From Psilocybe cubensis (Eukaryota): a stretch of DNA of 64,000 nucleotides. The stretch is from NCBI GenBank assembly GCA_017499595.2, contig CM039001.1:4030001-4094000 (forward strand), written 5' to 3'. Both the position numbers and the translations under genes were made by a program. The notes beneath the pieces are model-generated. The model saw only the letters and a program-made list of their open reading frames with translations. It made no database searches and was not told the origin of the DNA. Below, piece after piece: positions 25,480 to 40,668 of this stretch. Within the stretch, counting starts at the first letter, position 1; every line of letters starts with the position of its first letter.

Positions 25480-27374
25480 AGTAAGTCAAGACCCAGCTGT
25501 ATAGACTATTAGGGTCGGTGTACAGAGTACACTTATAGTTTCCTTGATCAATGTTAGCTATTATTGGTTGTTTTGCTATTCTATAGCTTCGTTTTCGGTT
25601 TGCCTAACGTCCACCGTGGCGTAGTCAAATACATTCCAATCTGCTTTATTTTGACAAATGGACATTGAATACAGCTTATAAAACTACAGCGCTTGATGAT
25701 GAGTGTCAGAGTCAGACTGGTCTGACGTCGAGGAGTGTCCAATAAATCCGGGACACGTGTTTGTTGATTGCCGACTGGTTTCGGGTGGAGACTTAACTTC
25801 TCCGATTTCTAATTCTGAGCTTTGCTGCCGAACTCGGACCCCTATAAAATTGGTCAGTACAGATAGTGTGTGTGAGAGATAAAGCATTTTACGGGTAAAG
25901 TTCAGTTCCAGCATGATTTAGTTCATAAAAAAATTGATTCTCTGCGTATGTCTGACGGTGAAGAATGTATGTAACAAAGAGGTCAGTGGCAGTATTAAAA
26001 CAATTGTTCTTTGTAGTGCTGCGACCAAGGAAGCTGGGGCCACGATACATGTTCTTTGTTCAATATTGAAAAATACAAAGTCTTACAATCATCCATTGAG
26101 ATTAAAAATCAATCTACAAACACAGTTTATCGGTATGTTATGGCTAAATTTTATGATTATGACTACGCGTGTCAACCGTCGTTTGTCGGGTAGATGCTAC
26201 AAGGACAATGGGCACTAACGAGCACTAATATCCTTGTACAGTATGGAATATGGTTTTATCAAAGGAGATTGTGTCTAAATCAGTTACTGAAAGAGCTCTT
26301 TATCACACGTTCTCACCAGGTCTGTGCTTTTTACATCCTGGAGACGCTATGCACGGACCCCTATATAACCGTTCAAAAGTTCGGATAGAACTCATCCATA
26401 ACTCGACCGAGACGTCAAGTTCATTACCAGATAACTTTGGTAAGCTGAGTTATTAAACACCTTCAAAGTCTCCGATTTACTAACTTTAGCCTGCATATTT
26501 GCTCACAGATACAGCGTATTTGAGTTCTCAAGATATTACAATGCCGCCAATTCTTCCTCCCACGCTCATAGACCTGATTCATCTTTCCAGGAGGTTTAAG
26601 CTTACTGTTATAAGCAGCCTAGTACGTCTACAGCTCTGATTAATCTATCCAAACCTTCCATTTTTGATACATCTTTCTTCTAGAATACGATGACCAGGTC
26701 TATATAAGAGCTAGCATCTGTCTATCTAAAGCACGCTCGTATAGGGGGTAAGCCTCCACGTCACATTTTTCCATATTGATAGAGATCGTTGTTTACCTCA
26801 TTTTTTGATACAGTTTATACTTGCACAGATCCCTGTGGGGTTGGCAAGGAGCGGAAGTTGGTCCCCTATATGCCTTGGGGGTTGGTACTGTCGATCTTCA
26901 ATATAATCAGATGAGAGCGTATTTCACAGGAATAGATTTCTTGAAAGCAGAATAGGTTATATTCAATGTATGAATAATCAAATTTACAATAATTTACACA
27001 CGACACGGACAATCCAGAATACAACTTCGAATATACAACACATGCTTGGAGAATCATATCGATTTCTTAACCAATGTCTATTCATACTTCTACTATGCCA
27101 AATCTCTGATAAAATGGTGTTGGCGTATGAAAATACTTGGGTGTATAAGAGTCAGAATAATAGATTTATTTAATTGTCAGCGTAGTAACCTAAACTTTTT
27201 ACTTGAAATGCAATTAAAGGAAAGAAATGATTGCTACTTTCATATCAAGAGTCTTAACAGTTTAGCCTGTAGAGCTTTCGTGATACAATAGGAAATAGAA
27301 TGTGATTAGATTAAACAAATTTAGGAATGTATGTCGGAAATTGGTCGTCTTTTTCTGCCACCTTCCAATGTAAG

Positions 27375-28776
27375 TTATAGAAGTGACATGAGCGCAGCGA
27401 GACAACCCAAAATTACGTATAAGAGTGAAGTCAAAGAGCAACTCCTCAATCCTGAAGATCTGACGCTTCCCGTATTTGCGGCTGATGATCCGCTGCGACT
27501 GGTGGACACAGATGCACCAGATTGTCGAGAAGCTGAGCTAGTTCTAGATGCTGACGTCGAGCTCTGTATTAATTTCATTCAATAAAAAATACGAGTCCCA
27601 TAAGCCGATTTACTCGCCGAAGAGGTTGTAGGCATCGCAAGAAAGAGATCTGTAGCATGATAGGTCTTACAATTGGATGACGCTGGCACTCTAGGTTGGT
27701 ACGGCGGAGTAGCAGTTAAGGGATCGGGCATTGACCAAGTAGACGCTATTATATCTCATCAGATTATATGCACGTCATAAGAATATCGCCGTAACGCACT
27801 AACTGAGCCGCTCACTACCTGACCCACGACATCTTGCAGGTCACTATCGCATTCTGTAAACTCGCCATTTTTTGCAGCCGACGGCATATTATACGTGCAC
27901 CCGACAAGGTCATATCGATTTTCACAATAGTCAGGAGATGTCACTGAGTTGAAGCATGCTTTAAAACAGAATTGACCATCGCCAACGAAACTAGGAAAAA
28001 TAATTTAACATCGCCTTATGGTATACAGTGAACTCACGTATTCCAATTCATGACTTGAACGAGGTTATGTCCGTCTGAATCTGCAGTACCATTGGAGTAT
28101 ACCACTCCCCCAAGTGGATTTCCTTGTAGGTCCGCGCCGTGAGGATCGAGCTCCCCTCCATTTCCTGGTTTGTTATCGAGGCCAATAGCCGAGTTGTTAA
28201 TAAAGCCTGTGACCTGAATATATGCGGATGTTCTAATCCACTGTAACATATAGTTAGCATATAAGGCGAGGTGAGTATTCACATACTATCACCAACTTGT
28301 AGACCTGTAATGGCATCAGGAGGAATGAGGCGCGTGCCGTGGTATGGCTTTGTGCAGTAGGCGACTACTTTTGCTTCGACATTTCCAATCTCGCCATTGG
28401 CATCTGGTGATCCCCATAGACAGAAATCATCCTGCTCTGATTTAAGTGATGCGCCCACCACAGTGACAGGCAATCATGCCCAACGTACCGGTGCGTTGAA
28501 AATAAGAGTCTGACAGTTTGATTTAGGTCCCAGGGTTGTGGAATTGCATTGATTGTATCCAAACTGTGGTCCACGGAGAACTTGATAAGGGTATACCTGG
28601 TAGGGTAATGCGGTGTAGGGGTATTGCAGAGTAGATAAGATAGGCGTTTGGACTTGGCGGTTTGCCAATGCTCGCGTAGGAGTGGCAGTTATAATAGGAG
28701 AATGCGCTGAGTCCGTAACGGAGATTGCGCTTATGGCTAATGAAAGAATGGCGATTAACATAGAATGAGCATGCAT
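27375..28776 (-). CDS. Secreted, probably GPI-anchored MP88/'macrophage activating glycoprotein'-like mannoprotein
   Basis: Signal peptide; RGPQFGYNQCNSTT, DDFCLWG, VAYCTKPYHGTRLIP, GGELDPHGADLQGNPLGG, CENRYDLVGCTYN; Ser/Thr-rich tail and hydrophobic C-terminus. Confidence 0.85.
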
Positions 28777-30232
28777 GGTGGTTGACTGTCAGGATAACCT
28801 TTGCATCGCCAATGAGAGGCTGTCGAATCTTTGTCCCACCCTGATTCCCACGACATTTTCGATTAGGTCATAAGGTGTTTTTGAAGAAAACCGGTCTGGA
28901 ACTTGGTGAAAAACATGGTCATGTTTCGTTCACAATTCCCTTATATTTTGTAATGAATTTTATAATGGATTTAGAAAAGGGGCATAGAGTGAAATTTCTT
29001 ATATGAGAAGAAGCATATCAGCACACAATCCAACAATCCGTGTACGTGTGATTCAATCTTAAAATAATAACAGTTCTGATGCTCACTTCCTGCCATCCCG
29101 CCTGCAGACTTCGGTTCAGCGCCTAAGCCCACTGACATCGGGTGGCTCTCGAGATTAGCTTTACGGAACTGGTATACCCGGGATGCGAGACTCTTATTTG
29201 CACCTATATCGAATAAATGTCCTATATTTCTATTCAGGAATCTTTCAATCTCGTTCTCACACAGGACAAGAATATGAGGCTGAAGGCTTTGGGGATTCAC
29301 ACTAGGCTAAACTGAGGTAGGGAGTATGTTCATGTCATCTTCGACAGGTATTAGGGAGAGTGCTGCGGAGACTTTCAGGCTTGATGATGGGTTACTAGCC
29401 TCTAACAACGATCACTGATGCCTAGCCTTGTAGATTTAAGAATACATACCAATTCTCAGACTGGATTGCGAAGTGCAAAATCCTAAGGGTTTATCTTTGG
29501 ATCGTGGGGTCGTAAGCCATATAGGAAAATATTGATGGTAATTTTTATTGATAGTGTGTACTTACATTACGAGTTACTCAAGTTGACTAGGAATGAAGAT
29601 TGGTTACCTGGCTATGGTACCGCCCGCAACTGGTTACAAATATGCCAACATCCTCGCTGGATTACTCCGTATCATGCGCCCGATAGCAATTAGGGAGGAT
29701 CTAGATCTATCTGCATCGTATAAATGGAAATTCCCACCATTATAGATGGAAATGGCTTGTACATATAGAACTTAATAACTTTGGGTAGAATTAGACCACA
29801 GGCTGCATGGTTCGCAATTCTATATATACTTTATAGTAAAATATGTATGATATGCCCATGATCCAAGAGCATCTGCGTGGACCTTCCTGAATATCCTATG
29901 TAAAAGAGGAGGAAAGAATTAGTACCCAATGATATTTTCGATGTCTCTCGAATAATTACATGGGTGGAGCGTTGCTCCAGGAGATTGTTTTGATGCCGAG
30001 GAGTTGACACTTCATGCTTCCGATCAAAGCATCAAAAAAAGTTCCTCATGGGAAGACACATGCACCGATCCTGTTGTCAGACTTGTTTCTTAACCATGTT
30101 CTCATCACTTATTAGTCTGCATTCCCAGTAAGACTGAGTAGCAGCTCTTCCCTTGCCAAACGTATGGCTCTTAGCATTGTATAATATTGAGTGCCCACCT
30201 TGACTTTGGCCCCTTTGGAACACGTAACTAGC

Positions 30233-31970
30233 ATGTCCTTAGAAGTGGGTTTCTTCTTAGGTTTCGTTTGTTCTAACACAACTCACATTGACACTGAACT
30301 GTGATAGGATATTGTCGACCCGGATGTAGTGACAGCATCAGTTCTAGCATGCGGGACGCTACTTGTGAGCAATCGTCACTGAGGCACACTTAATGTCGCT
30401 TATCATACCTAGGTTTACGATTACCTTTGTCTACTCGACCAGGAGGTATTAAGCACCAACTGCTATTCCCGCTGCGCTACCATTAATCTGCGTTTTCTTC
30501 CAAGGTATCCTTCGTGTGGACTCAGAAATGGACATTTGGTAGCGTTCTGTTTGTTCTGAACAGGTATCTTCCGTTCATCGATACATTCTTGTCCCTTCAG
30601 CGTAAGTGACTCCCTTTCCTGGTTATCGAGAATGTTGACCTCACATGGGACTACGCAGTGCTTTTTGAAAAACATTCCCCAGAAGTGAAGCCACTCATTT
30701 CTGTCTAACTTCATTATGATGACTGATTGAAGCAATTAGGGGTGTATGAGAAAGTTTACAGCTGTTACTTGTAAGTCTAGCCACACATCCATTTTTATAT
30801 GGTTTTTCAAAGTTATTTATCTCGAAATTAGGGCTCATAGCAATTGGGATCATACTATCTGAATGTGAGTAACGCTATTACATATCTGAAAATACTAACG
30901 TATCATAAATACGGAAACAGTCATCCTGATTATACGAACATATGCTATTTGGAGCCGTGAACGTTATGTTCTCATCACTCTGTGTATCGCAGGCACCGTA
31001 AGCTTCGAAAAGGTTCCAACAGTAATCACCTAACTCGGATGGATAGATTACAATGATTCCGGCTGTGGTAGTGACAGCGCTTGAGATTCAGTCGCTAAAA
31101 TGTGAGTCCTGCAAGTATGCTTTGCCTTGTTAGCCATGTTATAATTTATGGTGCAAAGACATACCAAACCAACTTGGAAATTGTGTTCTTGGGCATGCGG
31201 GAACAATCATTATCTTTGCTTACATTCTTCTTACATGCCTGGAAACGAGTAGGTTTACCCTATATGCCAATGTCGAGATGGGTCTGACGTTATTGGCATA
31301 AAGCTATAGCGGTCTTGACTGGTGTAAAGGCGTATCGTCATAGTGCGTCACCCTGGAGGTCGGAAACAGACGATCACTGATTTTTTCACAGTGCGGTACT
31401 CACAGGAGGATTGGATATCTGAAATGTACTCAAACGGTATGACGACCAATATAGAACAGAACTCTACTAATTTATCTACAGGACTATACTTTTATGCGTA
31501 CCTTTTAAGTTAGTACCAAGCACGACATTACCCTGCATTACTAAAGACTGCTAATTAGTAATATCCCTTGCGAATATACTGGTCCCAATCCTTGGACCGG
31601 TGAGGGGAAATATTGATCACATATTCTAATATCATACTAATTGCAACCTTTAACAGCCCAAATTTGCTAACTGGCTTGCAACGTAAGTTACCTCCAAAAT
31701 ATATTGCTTGTGCATAGAAATATCTCAGACCATTCAAATAGTCCGCAAAGAGTCATGCATTCCGTGCTCTCAACTAGAGTTCTACTTCTTATCCTGAAGC
31801 AACGTCCCTCTGTCAGAGACAACGATGGTACCATTTACAGCGCAGGCATGCCGACATTTGCCGCTCAAACGGCTGATCACCCTGCTTCAAACGCAACTAC
31901 ATCGGAGGGTACATCAATGTTAGATATGGATTTTGAGATGCAAGCCAGAGAAAATGGAGCAAATGTATGA
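30233..31970 (+). CDS. DUF6533-type fungal multi-pass membrane protein, about 16 short exons
   Basis: Manually spliced: ACGTLL|VYDYLCLLDQE|VSFVWTQKWTFGSVLFVLNRYLPFID...IIRTYAIWSRER...GLYFYAYLL|ISLANIL...|PQRVMHSVLSTRVLLLILKQ; all junctions GT..AG. Start codon tentative. Confidence 0.8.
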
Positions 31971-32854
31971 AATTTACTGCTACATTGGCTGTTCACACTG
32001 ATACGTTTATGTTGGTCGCCTTCAAAATATCCTTACTCAATTGTTGCTCTATGGCTTTGAGACTTTAAGCTTTAAGGACTAGTCATTAATACTAAGTATT
32101 GCCAATGGACGTGGGTACACTTTTATTTGGTATGTTACCCTATGTCAATAGCTCACAGTCCTGTTTTTTTATTCACCACACATACAATCATAAATGTATT
32201 CTTTCTGTGAGACTATGTAGAGAAATTTAACGCGACCAAACGAACAGAAAAAGGAGATTTTAGAGAGAATTTATTTCAAATCAATGGTCCCGTCAACTCC
32301 ACCAACTGTGCAGAAATGCACAAAATTACGTGTACTATAGGTGATCAGTTTTCGGATTGAACACTGAATTCCACAGAAATTGAATAGGAAAATGGGTGAA
32401 CAAATGTATGTCCAAACTTGGTCCAAACCACCTTCCCATCAGCTGAGTTAACAAGCGGCATCGCGTGGCTATGAGCATTGTATGGTCGGCACGATTCGGA
32501 GTTATAATTTTGCTGATGACCAATTGGTAAGCGACCATCAATCCCGTTCTGACTACATAATCACATTTTCGAAGTCCGAAGCTTCGGCTCAGACCAAGTC
32601 TAGGCTCGTACCGACCATTTCTCAGTTCCTGGCTAATCCCTTGTACAGATGTGTACAGATGCGTACAGAAGTCCAACTATATGGGTTTTTGACTCTAAAA
32701 AAATGAAATTGGCTTATATAGTGTGGTAATACAAAAAGGCGAGGAGACACCGATAAACAATGAACCCAAGACCAATGATACACCCTGACAACCAGAAACC
32801 GAGACCAAAGAAACCGAGATAAGAAATACACCAAGAAACCAAGGATGAAATTGT

Positions 32855-34601
<1,747 letters not shown>

Positions 34602-36927
34602 CTCGGGGTCGAATGTAAGAGAGGAAAGTTTCCTTGACTTTTCTACCACAACAACGCCATTCCTCTTATACTATTTTCTGTGAGATACATTGTCCATTTC
34701 TACTTTGGCTACACGAGCAAGTGATGATAGTAAGCACTAGCGAATGCCATATTCTTTCAGTGTTCATGTCCTAAATTAAGAGAGACATGTGAAGTATCCT
34801 GAACTTTGGGTCGCTTATTTTTGGTCTACGTGGTTTGAATCAAGCTTTCTCTTTGCTCTCGATTAATTATAGCTCTCGTTATGTTTTCGTAGGATGCGAA
34901 GGATATAACATCATACTCACGATAAGAAGTTTCGAATTTTAAAGGAAGTCTCATTGCAAACATGAACTGGATGAGAGGTTTTCACAGTGTTGAGGTTGTG
35001 GCGTTGTCTTGATAGTATGACGAAAATTTGGCGTCTTGATATTATATCAATTGAAGGTACAGTGCCTCAACTATGCACCATTCGTAAGGGGCAGGACACG
35101 GTAACACGGTCGTGTGAAATTTGTGTCTGAGAAATGATTTTAAAATTAGTGTGTCTCTCGCGACTGAAGAGACAACAGTGAGAGAAATTGACAAACCGCT
35201 CGAAACTATACACACAAATTTTTTCAACTCACAAGAGACACCGGAAACAGACCCCGAATCGACGACTCCGACCACCAAAGAAGACTTCCATTATTGGTAA
35301 AGTACCAAAGCTATGTATTTGATAAACAAGATAGATAACATTTTCAATGATAATACATGAGTTAAAAGAGGTCTCCTACATGCCAAACGGGTGCTTCAAA
35401 AAGCCGAATATACAGTGGACCTTAATGACGCAAAGAAATGCATATAGTCTTTTCTGCTTCGTACCTACGCGTGGCTGGCATTTGGCGCAAACACCCGAGC
35501 AGAAGCAAGAACCCATGGGATCGGTTCCGAAATTTGACTTCCACAAAGGCGAGCTTAATAGGGGCATTCCGGTCAAGGCTTCACCCCTTGGTGGACATGT
35601 GGTTCAGAAATACGAATGTATTAATCTAAAAATAATTACTTGAACAGAGATCAACGGGTATGAACATTTTTGCGAAGGCGCAGTGAGGACATAGACTTTT
35701 GTTTCTATGGGTGTCTGTTTCAACATTTTAGAAACGTTCAAAGATAACCTTCGTAATTGTTCTGGGTCAATTATAAAGACTCGTTTTAAGATGAAATATT
35801 ACAAGTCATCACTAGGGTACATTTTTTTTGCACATATACTCAGAAAAAAGCTCCATCTATCAAGTCCGTAAGTACTTGAAACCAACTTTGATGATATCAT
35901 TTGGATTGATGGACACTTGAATGCGAAGCTAAGGGTCATAAAAGGTCATTCAGCGGTTACTTAAGCCGAGCCGGGTTCCTGACCGGGAATACCGGCAAGC
36001 AAAAACTCCGCACCAATTAGATATCGTGCAATTCAACTGTGTGAAGTAGTGGCCAATATTGGAGCGTAGTACAGGCAGACTGCAACCCAACCAGGGAATT
36101 GGTTTTTCCAAGTTTATAAACAATACCCAACGAAATGGTACTGTGAGAAAGTATATTACACGTTCCAGAGTTGTATGCAGTTAACCACTTGTTTAGTTCT
36201 AATACTATCATGTCTACTTTATGTCGTAGCTTTCAAGAGGCGGATTTGAAGGTGGCCTGCTCGTTATGAACGACTTCGCACGTTAACGTTATTACCCCAC
36301 ATTTTGAAAATGACGGAATACGTGTCTAGTAAACTCAGATATTTGCTATATCAGCTTTCTAGGCTTATGTCAAATAAAGATTTGGATGCTCCGTTTTGCT
36401 CCATCCCATCGATCGACACTTGCAAGCCCCTGATAGATATTATGCCAGTAATACCAACACGCCGGATATGGTGAAACACAAACAGAGTAGAAAGCAACAC
36501 GAGAAGTCCGTGAGAGATGCAAGACAAATGTGATCTACCTCGCGCTGTGTGACACATTTTCGGGTCGGCATAGGAAAAGAAACATCTAGTCAGCGTAACC
36601 CGCTCCGCCGGTACGTTCCTTGGTACATAGCCGATGCTATCAGCGACGATCATTGGTCCAAACCTGTCAAATAGTGGCCCTTGAAAATGACGATTCGTCC
36701 CCCGAGTATATACGACATACCTGTCAACGCAGCTCCGACAAAATAGAGTGAGCTAAATGTCAACTGCCACCTGAAAGTTGCTTCTACCCGATTGGCCTCT
36801 GTAAGTCATGATGACTGAGAATGTCCTGGTTTGGGATGTCTGGTCTCAGAGGTAGCAGGCATGCAGTCCTTCCTCTGAGAGCATGGATATTTTGGGACCA
36901 TATATACATGCCAAGGTTCTGGGAAAT

Positions 36928-37780
36928 TTACTCCTTCGGTGTCGAATAATGGTGGATGCTATTTCCTTTGTCCACAAAAGCGGTTGTACATCTCTGATAA
37001 AGGTAAACAAGGGATTTAGGTCTACACGGTCGAGAATAATCTACTGTATACTTTACTGCAGTAGCAAAATTAACATCCAGAGAGCAGCGGATGAACTTGG
37101 AAATTGATGATTGTTCTAAGGCCTTGTGAACACTTACCACCTGCCAGCTCTTTATAGTTTCTGGGAATAGTTTCTGGTCTGAAACCACGAGTAGTAAAGC
37201 GTCGAGTTGTATCGTTTCCAATTATACACAGAAATCTATCAGCATTATCAGCTTCTGGCTAAAGGAAAAAATATAACTGCGTGAGGCAGGCAAAGGGATT
37301 TACCCGTTGAAGCATGATCCGGATGACAATTTTCTCGAGTTTGACGCCCTGATGCCAGGTGCGCAGGTCCTAAAAGTTAACGAGGGTGTTATTTCTCAAC
37401 CACTCATATGCCCCTAATATCTGTCGATTACCTCCTAGTGTAGCATTAGGATGAAAGGTTGCACGCCATCATCACGTCGTAACGAGGTATTAGGCAGATG
37501 AACACATATGCTTTATCAAATTTGAGTAAGTACTTGTCCAATCAAAAGCTGAAAGTAAAAAAAGGAAAGCAAAAGGTCACCAAAAGCAGATAACAATAAC
37601 ACAGTAGTTCATGGTTGTGTTTGATTTTGACCTTATAAATACCACGGCAGAACATGGGTCGTTCTCCGGTACACGGATTATGAATTCAATGCGCAGGCGG
37701 GCGGTGTAATCTGGTTTGTTCAGACTAGCGTACATCGTTGGTGGCTTACTTTTGTCGATTATGTCAGCATCCACGGTCAT
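36928..37780 (-). pseudogene. Multi-exon gene relic of unknown family
   Basis: Clear GT..AG introns near 37060-37136, 37259-37302 and 37370-37430 join open exons (DLRTWHQGVKLEKIVIRIMLQR|PEADNADRF), but the preceding exon has stops in all three frames. Confidence 0.35.
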
Positions 37781-38399
37781 TGAGTTGTTTTGATATTTGA
37801 AGGCTCGAATTAACGGGGAAAAGTAACACGGACCAGCAGTGACGAAGGCAAGTTATTCTTGGCACCTTGTTTCAATAGGGCGTGGAGCGACGCACAAAGT
37901 AGTACCCAACACAACACAACGTAGGCACTTCGATATCAATCGTTCTAGAACGTCAGGAAATATCTGCAAGGAGCTGTGTTGAGGAGGGAACACATGATAC
38001 GGATTTGTATCAATGAGGCGGATAACACGATACTCACTTGCGGGCAGAATATCATGAAATCAAAGGTTCAATCGGGACTAACAGATATCTATTTCACCCG
38101 AGTATGCTCTGGTAGCTCGAGGTCTGCGGCGACAGCGTACTTATTGCTGCAATTTATATGATTCAGGGCTTAGGGACTTTCGAGAAAACTTGCAGGAACC
38201 CATAAATATACACCTGGCAGGAGATCGTGGTCGGACTGACTGTCAGAAACAAACCCAAAAGAAAAGAATACCCACACGAGGCAATTATTGTGAGCTTCTT
38301 TTGCTCACGGAATCGGACAATGAACAAAGTGAGATGATCAATCTGCAGGCAGGTACTTTAAGAGGTTTACCAGAGACGGAGAAAGCGAGAATCAATATT

Positions 38400-39185
38400 T
38401 TACCAATTGACGAATTTCTTGAACGCCTCGAAGCAGCCTAGAATGGCCTTACGGTTGTCGAGGGGGCGCATTCCTTCTGCAAGTCGGCGGAGGGGACGCT
38501 TAATGACGGGGCGATGCATGGCGACGACGGTAGGTGTGGCTGGGAACGAGCCTCGTTGAACTGCATCAAGCAAATCGCGTGAGACCGGGATCTTGAAGAA
38601 AGTTGGGGCGCTTCCTATCATAACAATACCCGCCATTTCTTTAAATTCGAGCGGTTCCTTGAATCCAAGCAAGTTGCGAACGCGGTTGTTGTGCTGTACA
38701 GCTGCGATAGCCTCTGCGATGAGTTGGGAGTGCGGGTCCGCAAGCTTGATGTGGCGTTTATCTTCTTGGACGATGAGAAGGATTTCATAGTTGTCCATGA
38801 CGCAGAGGTCGGTGCGAGTGTGCCACCATTCTCCGCACGTGAGCAGGGAAATATCCTTTCGACTACGAAGATCCCTTCCGACCTTCCTACCCGCATAACC
38901 CAATTTCCATAAAAGTTGCATAGAAAAGTCTACGACAGCTGACTCTTCTCCCGGAATAGGGTTCATGGCGAGATCCATGTATCGGAGGACTTGGTAGGTG
39001 TCGTCCTCTACAGCCTCTTCGGCCGTCAAATTGGTGAGGAGGTCGCTGAGATGCTCGGGAACGGTGAGCTCTTCAACACCAAAAAAAGTAGCAGCATCTT
39101 GAGATACAATGGTGATATTGTAAGCGTCTAACTCATTGACGGTCCAACTATTGCCAGTCTGAGCTGTCCTGACAACGTTGGCCAT
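38400..39185 (-). CDS. Intronless hypothetical protein with a PD-(D/E)XK (restriction-endonuclease-like) signature
   Basis: MANVVRTAQTGNSWTVNELDAYNI...EESAVVDF...TDLCV...LLIVQEDK...QLIAEAIAA. The D...ExK followed by a QL helix fits the REase fold (inference). Confidence 0.7.
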   Translation of the reverse strand: MANVVRTAQTGNSWTVNELDAYNITIVSQDAATFFGVEELTVPEHLSDLLTNLTAEEAVEDDTYQVLRYMDLAMNPIPGEESAVVDFSMQLLWKLGYAGRKVGRDLRSRKDISLLTCGEWWHTRTDLCVMDNYEILLIVQEDKRHIKLADPHSQLIAEAIAAVQHNNRVRNLLGFKEPLEFKEMAGIVMIGSAPTFFKIPVSRDLLDAVQRGSFPATPTVVAMHRPVIKRPLRRLAEGMRPLDNRKAILGCFEAFKKFVNW

Positions 39186-40668
39186 GGTGGTGGATCGACT
39201 TGGGGCTTGATTACCATCAGGCAGCCTGGCATTGTCTGCATATAAGCCAATCGATAAAGATTCAGGGTCGCATACCTCTTGGCCATATATGTTGACTTGC
39301 GGTCCGTAAAGTTCTCCCAATATAGTGAAGTGTACGGCTTCCTCAGAGCAGAAATAGATGCTGAACCATGTCTCGGGGAGCATCGGATTTTTGTAGAACC
39401 CGCATTGGCAACAATGAGGCCAAGGAGGTCGTCGGAGAAGTGGAATATTCTGGAATGCAGACGAAGCCATCATTAGGACATCTCTGTCTCGTGTTAAACG
39501 CCATGATTTTCTCCATTTGCATTCTGAGAAGTGGGCGAGGCTCTGTTTAACCGCATTTTATGGATAAAATTGGTTATTGACTGGAATAAACCTTATTCGA
39601 TTGATGTCATTACTGATTGGCTTTTGATCTCCGCGTGTTATATTTAAGTTCCGATCTGAACGCTTTTCATCGTCTTCCTTTTAGCTTTTTAGAGGATCCA
39701 GAAATTATTTAGGCGCCCGTCAGTTTCAATATCCCCATTGTATTTCTCAACAAATTAAAGTTATTTTTTTTTTTTTGCATGTGATCAAGGACATATACTG
39801 CAGGGCCATTGCAGGACCTATGGTGGTTGAAACCGTGGCACTTTGGCGGAGAACACGTGCCGGATATGCCGAAGATGCCGTATTATTCGGTCATCACCGA
39901 ATAAGATTTGACAGATCCGTTGCCACACCAGCAACGCATAAGCGAGGTGATCACGACCTACTCGCATCAAGGTGATTGACTATGGGAGGCAGTGGGGAGA
40001 ATGAATAGATTCAACTTCATTTCTAAGAAGAGATGGAGCGCCAAAATTTAGATGGAAATGGTACATCAAATTTAGTGTGCGGATTACAGCAGTCCAATGA
40101 GATGCACAAAAAACGTTCGTTCAGAAACAAGAGTCGCCAGTCTGAATACCTTCAGACTTTGCGTCTCAAGGAGCCATTATCCCTTACAGCCAAGATCGAC
40201 CATTGGAGGCACGAACAAATAAAGGTCTCATCCATGATCAGGTGTTTTTAATGCGAGTAGATTGAGTGTCGTATCTGTTCGGAACGCACCATCACGTTTC
40301 AAGACGATTATCCCAAAATTTGTAAAGCTCATTGATATCTGCTGAAGGGATTGCTGAGAGTACCTCTATGTTGCCTAGCCTCAATCAATTAATTATATCT
40401 CTTCAGTGATTCCCGTTGCTCGCATAGCCATCTCTAAGGCAAGAAATCTGTTTCTCAAGAGACCTTAATCCGCCTGGAAATAGTACAACATGGTCCAAGA
40501 TTAATAGATTTTACATATATACAATCCATGGTGTATGATCCAGGGCAAGGGTCAGATGTTACAAACAAGGCAAAAAGGAAAAGGATGATAGTATGTAAGA
40601 GAACAGAACAGAGCAGATTTAACAGGTCAATACCAGCAGATGCATGATTCCAAAAAATTCAAAAAAAA

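Noticed and set aside
25600..27300. Short ORFs and one intron-like signal near 26440
   Set aside because: No coherent gene model.
39186..39473. 96-aa N-terminal extension of the 357-aa ORF
   Set aside because: The family-like sequence starts at MANVVRTA (39185); the extension looks like incidentally open upstream sequence.
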